Of a stretch of DNA of 32,000 nucleotides, positions 8,410 to 17,188 are shown piece after piece. Each line of letters starts with the position of its first letter. The stretch's first letter is position 1. Location of the stretch: the NCBI GenBank assembly GCA_041662745.1, contig JBAZRV010000001.1, forward strand, positions 90,001-122,000, given 5' to 3'. This DNA is from Patescibacteria group bacterium (lineage in GTDB: Bacteria > Patescibacteriota > Patescibacteriia > 2-01-FULL-39-33). The position numbers and the translations under genes were made by a program. The notes below the pieces were generated by a model. The model made no database searches. It saw only the letters and a program-made list of their open reading frames with translations, and was not told the origin of the DNA.

Positions 8410-8462
8410 TTATAAGTGCTTTATCAATCAATTGATTTAGTGGCCGAAAGGATACTAAAACC

Positions 8463-8684
8463 ATGCAAAAACACCCTGTACAAGAAAATCATCATGAAAA
8501 AGAAGTTTGGGTTAACCAAAATACGGAATCACTTCGACGAGAAGAATGCCTTTGTTTAAATTGTAGCGACCTAAAATCCGAAAAACCTGATGGCTGCCCG
8601 GTAGCTAAAAGATTATATGAGATTTGTCTGGGGGCTAACATTGCCCTAGCGGTAACACGTTGCCCCTATTGGGTTAATAACTGA
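8463..8684 (+). CDS. small Cys-rich protein (73 aa), hypothetical
   Basis: Has C-x-C-x2-C...C...C...C (ECLCLNCSDLKSEKPDGCPVAKRLYEICLG...TRCPYW). It shares the CLC-x2-C signature with the 7487 ORF. Confidence 0.5.
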   Translation: MQKHPVQENHHEKEVWVNQNTESLRREECLCLNCSDLKSEKPDGCPVAKRLYEICLGANIALAVTRCPYWVNN

Positions 8685-8703
8685 AATTAAAAGGTACTTT
8701 ATT

Positions 8704-8729
8704 AGAGCGACTTGTTCGCTCTTTTTTTA
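8704..8729 (+). terminator. rho-independent terminator of the small-ORF cluster
   Basis: AGAGCGA-CTTGT-TCGCTCT followed by T7. Confidence 0.75.
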
Positions 8730-8815
8730 TTAACATAAACGACTACAACTGTCGAAAATTTTCGACAGGAATCAGCTAATTTTTAAAAAACACTGATAAA
8801 TAATCATTTATAAAC

Positions 8816-8841
8816 AAAAAACTGTCGAAAAACTTCGACAG
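8816..8841 (-). terminator. rho-independent terminator of the 23S-5S operon
   Basis: The minus strand reads CTGTCGAAG-TTTTT-CGACAG followed by T6, about 25 nt past the 5S 3' end. A second hairpin with the same arms but no T-tract sits at 8749-8768. Confidence 0.65.
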
Positions 8842-8861
8842 CTTCATTGATTTAGCTACAC

Positions 8862-8970
8862 AATACCCGCGGCTGCCTACTTTCCCCACAAGGAGTATCA
8901 TCGGCGCTGGAGGTCTTAACTGCTGAGTTCGGGATGGGATCAGGTGTATCACCCCCGCTAGAGCCACGGA
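8862..8970 (-). rRNA. rrf: 5S ribosomal RNA (ends +/-5 nt)
   Basis: The reverse complement CCGTGGCTCTAGCGGGGGTGATACACCTGATCCCATCCCGAACTCAGCAGTTAAGACCTCCAGCGCCGATGATACTCC...GTAGGCAGCCGCGG aligns with bacterial 5S. It has the CCCATCCCGAACTCAG and AGCGCCGATG blocks and helix I pairing CCGTGGC/GCCGCGG. Helix IV/V looks about 12 nt shorter than in E. coli. Confidence 0.88.
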
Positions 8971-9376
8971 AATTCTATAGCTAAATCAGTAAAGAAATGT
9001 TATGAGCCGCGGCAATCAAGCCGCAAAACTCATGGGTGTGACAGCGAATTACATATCCCGACAAGCCGGCGAACCGGCAGCGGGGTGTTATCCATTCTTG
9101 CGATTAAACTAAACCATTAGTATCGCTCGGCTGAACGCATTACTGCGCTTACACCTGCGACCTATCAACCTCCTCGTCTCGAAGGGGTTTAATGAAATCT
9201 AATCTTGAAGACAGCTTCACGCTTAGATGCTTTCAGCGTTTATCTTAACCGAACGTAGCTACCCAGCGATGCCCTTGGCAGAACAGCTGGTACACTAGAG
9301 GTTCGTCACTTCCGGTCCTCTCGTACTAGGAAGTGGCCTTCTCAAATTTCTGCGCCCATGGTAGATAGGAGACCGA

Positions 9377-10120
9377 CAAATATGTTACTCTTTCGAAATC
9401 ATTATCGAAAGGCTCCAAATATTTCTATTGGAGTCTGCATATCGCTATGCAGTTCGGACTATATCTTATCGCTTACGGCGATTCTGACGTATAGTCTCTG
9501 AGGATTTCAAATAATCTAATAATTTATCCTGGCTTACCTTGCGGTAAGCGCCTTGCTTATTCATAGAATAAGCCAGTTTAATAATATATTGCGCACCAGT
9601 TTTGGTGCTATGCTTTCCAGTGCTTAACATTTTAACTACCTTCTTAAAGGTTAAAAATGTTTTTTGCTTATTAGAGAGCAAGGGATACTGATCAAAAAAA
9701 GGAATAATCTTGTTTTCCAAATCAAGCCTGTTTCTAACGACAAATACCTGAGTATCATCTTTGGTATTTTGGCGATGGTTACATTTGATATAACCGCAAC
9801 CGAAATACTTTTGGATTTCTTCTAGGGTTTCGTGTCTTAAAAAGCTTTGATTAATGTGGAATTCAGGAATGAATTTCAAATTGCATTTCATTTTATCATC
9901 ACGATAAATGGCAATATGGAATGTCCCCTCTCCTTCAGTAAACCCGGTAATATACCACGGACTTAGATGACTTGATCTTTCCTGCTGATTGTCTGCACTC
10001 AACACATTTTTACTCATAATACATTAATTATATCACGAGTAGTGTGAGATACCCAAGTCCCCCTATAGGGACTTTTCCAGAGTTTCCAGCATTTAGTCAG
10101 ATTTATAGACAGCAAAGTCT
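9377..10120 (-). mobile_element. intervening sequence 1 in 23S domain V (group-I-intron-like, 744 nt) carrying a LAGLIDADG ORF
   Basis: The exons join exactly as GAGACAGT|TCGGTC, the conserved peptidyl-transferase-centre segment. The upstream exon ends in U and the insert ends in G, the group I convention. The ORF is on the same strand as the rRNA. Confidence 0.8.
9466..10017 (-). CDS. LAGLIDADG homing endonuclease (single-motif, I-CreI-like class), intron-encoded
   Basis: 183-aa protein. WYITGFTEGEGTFHIAI is a LAGLIDADG motif, followed by the typical ...F.I.Q......LE.I..YFGCG.I... pattern. Confidence 0.9.
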   Translation of the reverse strand: MSKNVLSADNQQERSSHLSPWYITGFTEGEGTFHIAIYRDDKMKCNLKFIPEFHINQSFLRHETLEEIQKYFGCGYIKCNHRQNTKDDTQVFVVRNRLDLENKIIPFFDQYPLLSNKQKTFLTFKKVVKMLSTGKHSTKTGAQYIIKLAYSMNKQGAYRKVSQDKLLDYLKSSETIRQNRRKR

Positions 10121-10164
<44 letters not shown>

Positions 10165-10198
10165 TGGCGAACAGCCAAACCCTTGGGAGCTTCTCCAC

Positions 10199-10231
<33 letters not shown>

Positions 10232-10770
10232 GAACCTGGTCGTCGATATGGACTCTTGGACCAGACTAGCCTGTTATCCCCGGAGTAGCTTTTATCCGAT
10301 GAGCTTCCACCATCCTACATTGAATGGTCGGATCACTAAATTCTACTTTCGTAACTGCTCGACTTGCAGGTCTCGCAGTAAAGCTGGCTTGTGCTTTTGC
10401 GCTATCACTCCGATTTCCATCCGGAGCTAGCCAACCTTTGTAAACGCCTCCGTTACATTTTGGGAGGCAACCGCCCCAGTTAAACTACCCACCATACACT
10501 GTCCCTCTCCCGGATTACGGGAGGAAGTTAGAATTATAATATAACAAGGGTGGTATTTCACTGGCGCCCGAAGGCTCCCACCTATTCTAAACATATTAGA
10601 TCACAATTCAGTGCAAAGTTGTAGTAAAGCTTCACGGGGTCTTTTCGTCTAACCACGGGTAGGAGGCATCTTCACCTCCCTTGCAATTTCGCTGAGTACT
10701 TCGCTGAGACAGTTGTCAAGTCGTTATGCCATTCGTGCGGGACGGAACTTACCCGTCAAGGAATTTCGCT

Positions 10771-11461
10771 TCAAGTTTCCTTTCTTGGGACTCTATCTTC
10801 ATCCCGATGGGATGCTTAGCGTTTGGTCTCTGAGGATTCTAAAAATCGAGCTGGTAATCGACGGTTCATTTGTTCAATGATCCCGGCGATTTGTATTTTT
10901 CCCTTCTCCTTAAGATGTTTTCCTTGCTTTATCAACTTTATTATCTTGATAAATTTTTTGAAATCATCCGCCTTGGCTGTTTGCAGCCGGCGAGCAGAGA
11001 AAAATGGGATTATGACTTCGGATAAATCACTGATTGATCTTACGCAATACCGATAAAGATTCTCTTGATGGTTATCTTTACGGCGGTTGATATAAATCTT
11101 GCCGCAGCGAAAAAATTTTTGTATTTTTTCTAGTGCTTTAAGACTTTTTTCTCCCTGCGTAATCACAAATTCAGGAAAAATCTGCCAGCCTGATTTGGTA
11201 GTGTGATTTTTGATGATACTGACTGAAAAACAGCCCTCACCATCAGTAAATCCGACTATCCAATGCTCGAATTTCAGCCTTTCCTGCTGATTGATCGACA
11301 TAAATTAAGTTATTTTCTATGGTATAATTTTACCATAGTTTTGTCGATTTTCCCAGCATATGGCTAAGTATTTTGGACCATTCTTATATTGCTATAAGAA
11401 GAGGCAGCGTTAATAGATAACGGTCCCAGTCCTTTTGCATCCGAATTATTTCCGATGCAAA
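10771..11461 (-). mobile_element. intervening sequence 2 in 23S domain IV (691 nt, boundaries +/-2 nt) carrying a LAGLIDADG ORF
   Basis: It interrupts GGTCCTAAGGT|AGCGAAATTCC, just 3' of helix 69. The upstream exon ends in U. With the simplest boundary the insert ends in A rather than G, so the intron class or exact boundary is uncertain. Confidence 0.72.
10816..11301 (-). CDS. LAGLIDADG homing endonuclease (single-motif class), intron-encoded
   Basis: 161-aa protein. WIVGFTDGEGCFSVSI is a LAGLIDADG motif, followed by FPEFVITQGEKSLKALEKIQKFFRCGKIYIN. It is clearly a paralogue of the 9466-10017 protein. Confidence 0.9.
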   Translation of the reverse strand: MSINQQERLKFEHWIVGFTDGEGCFSVSIIKNHTTKSGWQIFPEFVITQGEKSLKALEKIQKFFRCGKIYINRRKDNHQENLYRYCVRSISDLSEVIIPFFSARRLQTAKADDFKKFIKIIKLIKQGKHLKEKGKIQIAGIIEQMNRRLPARFLESSETKR

Positions 11462-12293
11462 ACCTTAGGACCGTTATAGTTACGGCCGGCGTTCATCTGC
11501 GCTTCGATTCAAAGCTGCCCCGGTAAACCGGTTGACCTCTCCTCTTAACGTTCAGACACTGGCCAGGCATCAGCCCCTATACATCAGCTTGCGCTTTAGC
11601 AGGGACCTAAGTTTTTGGTAAACAGTCGCTTGACATCTTTAGCTGCGCCCCAAATAAATTTGGGGAGGCCTTATCCCTAAGTTACGGCCGATTTTTTGCC
11701 GAGTTCCTTAGCGAAGTTTCTCTCATACACCTGAGGCTACTCGCCTCATCCACCTGTGTCGGTTTAAGTACGGTTGCCTTGATCTTAACCCTAGAAGTTT
11801 TTCATGGCACTCGGTTTAATATAATTGAGTCCGCCTTGCGGCTTCCTCTGCTGCCGTATTCGTTGCTTAATGACCGGCGGATTTGCCTGCCGATCACAAC
11901 TACTAACGTCATCGTCATAGCCATAGGACGATATATCTCCCCTGATGCGTCACTCCTTCGGAAAATCAAGCCAGCGCAGGAATATTAACCTGCTCATCCA
12001 TCGGCTACGCCTTTCGGCCTCGTCTTAGGACCGGCTAACCCTGGGTCGATTCTCGTTGCCCAGGAAACCTCGGATTTACGGTGTCTAGAATTTTCATCTA
12101 GATTCTTGCTACTTATGCCAACATTCTTACTTCCTAGCAGTCCACCGCGCCTCACAGCTACGGCTTCGTTCCGCTAAGAACACTCCTCTACCACTCTATA
12201 TAAATATAGAATTCGCAATTTCGGTACTATGTTTAGCCCCGATACATTTTCGGCGCAAGAAAACTTGACCAGTGAGCTATTACGCTATCTTTA

Positions 12294-12324
<31 letters not shown>

Positions 12325-13921
12325 TTGTCGCGGTCTTGATACCACCTTTTACACTTAACATAGATTTAGGGACCTTAATTGGCGATCTGGGCTGTTTCCC
12401 TTTTGACTGATGGACCTTAGCGCCCATAGTCTGACTTCCGAAATAAAGATTACCGGTATTCGGAGTTTGATTGAAGACAGTAACCTTGCGGACCTGTCCT
12501 CATTCAGTGCTCTACCCCCGGGTCTATTTTCGAAGCTAGCCCTGAAGCTATTTCGAGGAGAACCAGCTATCACGAAGTTCGATTGGAATTTCTCCGCTAT
12601 CCACAGCTCATCCCCAAGTGTTGTACAGCTTGTGGGTTCGGGCCTTCCCAGACTGTTACATCTGGTTCACCCTGGCCATGGATAGATCACCTCGTTTCGG
12701 GTCTTATCCGCGCTACAATTGTTCGGACTATTAATCCTCGCTTTCACTGTGCCTTCTCCCCGAAGGGATTAAGCAAGCAACGCAGAATAAACTCGTTGGC
12801 TCATTCTTCAATAGGAACGCCGTCATCCAGAATTCGTATTGCTACGACCTTGGACTCCGACTCGTTTGTAAGCAAATGGTTTCAGATACTATTTCATCGC
12901 CCTAACCGGGCTGCTTTTCACCTTTCCCTCACGGTACTTGTTCGCTATCGATCATCAAAAGTATTTAGCCTTGCCATATAGTCATGGCGGATTCCTACAA
13001 GATTTCACGAGTCCTGTAGTACTTTAGATTATAACGACGGAAGTACGATTCTTTTCGCGTACGGGGCTTTCACCCGCTCTGGCCGGCTGTTCCAAAACCG
13101 TTCCGCTAAAAATTTTATTCCGCTCGGATACAAGTGCAATCCGCTGGTTATAATCATCACCCCAAAGCAGCAACGGGCACTCCTTTATGCCGACGCTACG
13201 CTTTCCCCTTGCGGGAAAAGTTTCACACCGGCAACACTGCTAAGGTTTAGGCTGCTCCGCTTTCGCTCGCCACTACTCGCGGAATGCAATCCATAGATCC
13301 GTGTCCTGCTTACGCAGAAAACGGAACTAAGGATTCAATTTTTTCTTTTCCTCCAGCTACTGAGATGTTTCACTTCGCTGGGTTTGCGTTTGTAACCTAT
13401 GAATTCAGTTACAAATGACGCGGGTTTGCCGCGCCGGGTTTCCCCATTCGGATATCTCCGGATCAAAGGTTGCTTGCCACCTCCCCGAAGCTTTTCGCAG
13501 GCTGCTACGTCCTTCATCGCCTTTTGATGTCTAGGCATCCACCATTCGCCCTTAATGTTTAATCGCAAGAATCTGGATAACTTATAAAAAAGAAAATTGC
13601 CTTATTCTGTCATTCCCGAAAATTTGCAGTGAGTTTTCGACTAATGTCGAAACGAACCAAAATTTATCGGGAATCCAGCATTAAGAATTTCCTCTTGTAA
13701 GAGTTTTTCCTTATTCTGTATTTTATTACTAAAATACTAAAAGTATGTACTCATTAATAATTGCAATTCGCTGCCACGCCCATAAATTTGGCGCGGCATT
13801 AAATTACCCATTTCTTTACTATGCACTATTCAGTTGTCAATGTTCCCAGGTTCAGGATATTTGACATTAACTTCCGCAATTTGAGCGATAAATTTCTTTA
13901 TCAGTCGGATCCGAAAGCTAA

Positions 13922-13948
13922 CAAAAAAACCGCTTTCTCCAAGCGGTT
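13922..13948 (-). terminator. intrinsic-terminator-like hairpin inside the rRNA leader
   Basis: The minus strand reads AACCGCTT-GGAGA-AAGCGGTT followed by T7. It lies about 180-205 nt downstream of the consensus promoter and about 360 nt upstream of the 23S 5' end. Confidence 0.6.
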
Positions 13949-14051
13949 CGGGCGGACACTAAAAAGTTAGTCCGTCAGACTTGGAGAAGAATTATTAGTG
14001 ATGTTTAACCTCATATGGTTGTTCCTTTCCAATATGCCCTCCGGCATTTAT

Positions 14052-14065
14052 GGGTTAAAGAGACA
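14052..14065 (-). promoter_or_regulatory. boxA-like rRNA antitermination element
   Basis: The minus strand reads TGTCTCTTTAACCC, compared with E. coli rrn boxA TGCTCTTTAACAA. The CTCTTTAAC core is identical. It lies about 65 nt downstream of the predicted transcription start. Confidence 0.55.
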
Positions 14066-14135
14066 AACTTAGCTGAATTTTGGCTCTGCAAAGCCAAGCT
14101 TTGATTTATTCAACAGTATTAGTCAGATGTCTACA

Positions 14136-14164
14136 ATTATATGTTATTTTTTATACAATGTCAA
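14136..14164 (-). promoter_or_regulatory. consensus sigma70 promoter of the 23S-5S operon
   Basis: The minus strand reads TTGACA-17 nt-TATAAT, with both hexamers perfect. Confidence 0.7.
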
Positions 14165-14376
14165 GAGATAAATTAAAAAACAAAATAATACAAGAAGGGC
14201 CAACCGCACCGCGGTATAAAATTAACGAAGATTTTATCTAAATTTAAACAAATTTTATCTATTTTTCAACTGTGACCTGGGGAATAATAATCAAAATCAA
14301 CCGCTAACCTCTAAACCCCATTATTTCTCAATTTATTAAATAATTATTGACTTTTCCCCAGCTTCTCCACTAACTA

Positions 14377-14405
14377 TTGACTTTTTATTTAAGAAATGCT
14401 AATAT
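14377..14405 (+). promoter_or_regulatory. candidate promoter for the 14557 membrane protein gene
   Basis: TTGACT-17 nt-TAATAT. The ATTGACTTTT element is duplicated 30 nt upstream (14346-14355). Confidence 0.5.
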
Positions 14406-14556
14406 TATATGATTTAGTACGTTGAAAATTTAAGATTCCATGGAATATGGGCAAGTCAAAACAGCCATAAAAAGGCAAGTCCAAAGGCAAATGTCAAAAA
14501 ATCGCAAATAACGGCAATAAAAACAAAAAAACAACCCCAACAGGAAAGGACGAACA

Positions 14557-15414
14557 ATGAATACTCTGCTCAGCCTTTGTCTCTGGCACTCTTTGTACAT
14601 CGGCATATTGGCCGCCGCACTATCGCTTTTTACTATCTCAATCATTCCGACTATAATCTTGGTCAATGGCATCAAACAACGCCGTAATAGCCGCTACAAT
14701 TTCAAAATTACCTGGTTTCCGCCTCAGTGGTTAATGAGCTGTTTTTATATGTTGGATTATGTGATGGATGTTATCTATCATAAAATCAAAAAACTGCCTG
14801 TACCGCCCTGGCAAGAATACAGGAATTCAAAATATACCATTGACTTTTTTATTGAAAAAACGGTTGGGGAGGATGGGATTATTGGCGGATTGATTTCTAC
14901 ACTTTTCGGCAGTTTAGTGCTTGCAATAATTAATGGCGCGGTTGTCTGCCTGATTTTGGGATTGGCCAGCCTGTTGCTTTTCCTGTGGTGGCTAACATTG
15001 CCGATCATCATTATCTGTCTCGCCTTCCTATTCCTTTATCGCAAGTATCGCGAGTACCAGTCGGCCCTGGAGAGGCAACGGAAAGACAATGGGGATTTGC
15101 GAGCAATCATTGAGGAATTCAGAAAGGGTTATGACGACATAAAAGTGTGGTTGCAACAAAGCAACCCGGCCGATCAAGAAATTCATGAGCAACCTGAGGC
15201 GGTGAAAAGCGACCCGGCTGACCGGACTGCTGCCGGCGCCGAAGATGCTACCGCTCTTGCCGGTGACACCGCGAAACAGCCTGCCACGGAACAGGCCGTT
15301 GACAAATCGGAAAAAAAACCGACGGACGGCCCGAAGACGGACGGTCCGAAGAAGACGCGAAAGCCACGACGGAAAACTTCCCAAAAGCCGGATGACGCCG
15401 GCTCCGATACCTAA
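14557..15414 (+). CDS. membrane protein (about 4 TM) with a disordered basic/acidic C-terminal tail, hypothetical
   Basis: 285-aa protein with SD AGGAAAGGA upstream. TM helices lie at about residues 10-40 and 110-165. The C-terminal 90 aa are rich in P, A, D, K and T (..KKPTDGPKTDGPKKTRKPRRK..). It has its own promoter and terminator. Confidence 0.65.
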   Translation: MNTLLSLCLWHSLYIGILAAALSLFTISIIPTIILVNGIKQRRNSRYNFKITWFPPQWLMSCFYMLDYVMDVIYHKIKKLPVPPWQEYRNSKYTIDFFIEKTVGEDGIIGGLISTLFGSLVLAIINGAVVCLILGLASLLLFLWWLTLPIIIICLAFLFLYRKYREYQSALERQRKDNGDLRAIIEEFRKGYDDIKVWLQQSNPADQEIHEQPEAVKSDPADRTAAGAEDATALAGDTAKQPATEQAVDKSEKKPTDGPKTDGPKKTRKPRRKTSQKPDDAGSDT

Positions 15415-15431
15415 ACAATCAGCACCTTACG

Positions 15432-15457
15432 CCGACCAGCTTGACTGGTCGGTTTTA
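15432..15457 (+). terminator. rho-independent terminator
   Basis: CCGACCAG-CTTGA-CTGGTCGG followed by TTTTATT. Confidence 0.7.
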
Positions 15458-15576
15458 TTATGCCCAAAATCGCTAAAAGGATAGAAAATAATCACAAAAA
15501 TTACCTAAATTTAGATAAAAAATTTATAAATAATTACTTTAATCCGAGGCTACTTCTATTATTTATGACAAATTAG

Positions 15577-15605
15577 TTGACAAATATTATTTTTTTTGCT
15601 AAGAT
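15577..15605 (+). promoter_or_regulatory. promoter of the AAA+ operon
   Basis: TTGACA-17 nt-TAAGAT. It lies inside the 5' extension of the track ORF 15577-17103, which argues that the real start is downstream. It predicts a 5' UTR of about 180 nt. Confidence 0.55.
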
Positions 15606-15792
15606 AAGCAATCGCTTTAGGCCGATAATTCGGCGTAAAGGTGCGGACTTTGACAACTTAATAGCTTTAAAAATAAGGAGGAAAAGTGAATTAGGTAACA
15701 CCAAGATACGCGATGTATTATTGGCGATTAAACCCTTAAAAACATCAAAGTTGCGCCGCTTAGCGGGTCAGCGACAACAAGGAGCTGTGATC

Positions 15793-17103
15793 ATGGCGAC
15801 GGAACAAACGGACAGTGGCAACTTTTTGAACAGCATGTTGCAGAATCTTGATACTGCCAGCCAAAAATTGGAACAAAGACCGGCAGCGACCAATTTGGGC
15901 TTTGACATCAACGCCTTACTTGGCGATATGCGGCAAGGCCTGGAAACAGCCGTCAAAGACAAGAGACCGATTTTCTCCCTGGACATCAAAAGCCGTTTAC
16001 AGACGGCCGACTGGGAGCAAGTCCGTGTCAACTTAGTCAAAGAAAAGATGGATTTGGCCGGCATGATGGCCAATCTCAATATCGTACTGGAAGGGCTGGG
16101 GGCCGAGGTGATTCAACTCAAAGAGATGACACCCAAAGAAAAGGTCTCCCTGGAACAGGCCGGCGAAAGAATCAAAGAAGCCGAGCTTGCTTTGGCCAAG
16201 GCGGAAACAAAACGCTTGTTCCGCAAGAGCGCCACTCTCAAGGCTCAGGCCGGCTTAGCGTCCGCCAAACAACTGGAAGTGGCGACTAAGGAACGCATTA
16301 ACAGAGCGATGCGTGATCGGATTAATAATGCAACGATTGAAGATAGCCTGACAGCCTACAAACTGGCTTGCGACCGGCTCTTAAAAGCCATGCAGGCGCG
16401 CGCTCAATCTCAGAAAAAGCAATTGGAGCAAGACAAGTCGCAGAAACGGCTGGCGTTTGAAACGCACGCGCAAGCGACCGAGGCCTGCGAAAAGATTGAA
16501 CAACAAATCAATGCGCTCAAGGGCGAGTTGGCCGAAGCCGAGCAAACCCTAATAACGATGGACAAGTCCGATAAGGGCTTTGCCAAACAGGACCAAAAAA
16601 CTTCCGATTTGAAACAAACATTGAATGCCTTGCAGGGCAAGTACAACATTTGCATGGCAATCGCTCAGGAAGCGCAGAACTTTGCGCATCAATTGGATCT
16701 TCATGTCCAGACGATTAATGACCTTTTGACCATCAACCTCACCTGGCAAGCCATGATCACTAAGCAGGTGGAATACCGCCAAACAACGGTGCGTTCCTGG
16801 CTGGAAGCCACCAAGTCCCATCAGGATTTGGCGTCGGCCGAAGAATTGAACCGAGCCGGTCGCGGAGTTGATGCCAGGAGCATGGCCAGTATGGCGGAAA
16901 TCAGAGCCGCAGCGCAGAAAGCGCTAGTCAAAGCGCTTCAAGAGATTCCGGAGTGGCTCAGGCTCTACCATGAAATCATGGCGGCTTCCAACCAACAAGA
17001 CCGGCAATTTCGCGGTGACGTAGAGGAGCAAATCAAGCTGTTTCAAAAAAATTACGGTTTTGATCTGAAAAAAGAGTCATTCTTCGGAGATAATGAGAAA
17101 TAA
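15793..17103 (+). CDS. long coiled-coil protein (436 aa), family unknown
   Basis: I place the start at the ATG at 15793, preceded by AAGGAG 8 nt upstream (the track start at 15577 is the TTG of the -35 hexamer). The sequence is dominated by A/Q/K/E/L heptad-like stretches (e.g. KEAELALAKAETKRLFRKSATLKAQAGLASAKQLEVATKERINRAMRDRI; QLEQDKSQKRLAFETHAQATEACEKIEQQINALKGELAEAEQTL). It ends in ...KKESFFGDNEK. No TM segment or enzymatic motif seen. Confidence 0.7.
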   Translation: MATEQTDSGNFLNSMLQNLDTASQKLEQRPAATNLGFDINALLGDMRQGLETAVKDKRPIFSLDIKSRLQTADWEQVRVNLVKEKMDLAGMMANLNIVLEGLGAEVIQLKEMTPKEKVSLEQAGERIKEAELALAKAETKRLFRKSATLKAQAGLASAKQLEVATKERINRAMRDRINNATIEDSLTAYKLACDRLLKAMQARAQSQKKQLEQDKSQKRLAFETHAQATEACEKIEQQINALKGELAEAEQTLITMDKSDKGFAKQDQKTSDLKQTLNALQGKYNICMAIAQEAQNFAHQLDLHVQTINDLLTINLTWQAMITKQVEYRQTTVRSWLEATKSHQDLASAEELNRAGRGVDARSMASMAEIRAAAQKALVKALQEIPEWLRLYHEIMAASNQQDRQFRGDVEEQIKLFQKNYGFDLKKESFFGDNEK

Positions 17104-17117
17104 ATAACACACGCAAC

Positions 17118-17153
17118 GGAGGAGATCCTTAATCTTGGATCTCCTCCTTTTTC
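17118..17153 (+). terminator. strong intra-operon hairpin plus T-tract (attenuator or partial terminator)
   Basis: GGAGGAGATCC-TTAATCTT-GGATCTCCTCC followed by TTTTTCTTT. It sits 15 nt after the coiled-coil gene stop and 36 nt before the next ATG. Confidence 0.65.
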
Positions 17154-17188
17154 TTTCACTACGGCTAATCGCCATGAAAGGAGTTGTT

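Noticed and set aside
13922-14128. A ~200-nt independent small RNA defined by the consensus promoter (14136-14164) and the terminator (13922-13948).
   Set aside because: The boxA-like element within it and the absence of any other convincing 23S promoter make an rRNA leader with antitermination the more economical reading. I saw no 6S, SRP, RNase P or tmRNA signature motifs. This is not fully excluded (see the finding on the rRNA leader).
15577-15792. 72-codon N-terminal extension of the coiled-coil ORF (track start at 15577).
   Set aside because: The proposed start codon is the TTG of a TTGACA -35 hexamer, and the extension is AT-rich with no SD. An in-frame ATG at 15793 has AAGGAG at ideal spacing. 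The similar extension of 17135-17188 overlaps the terminator hairpin.
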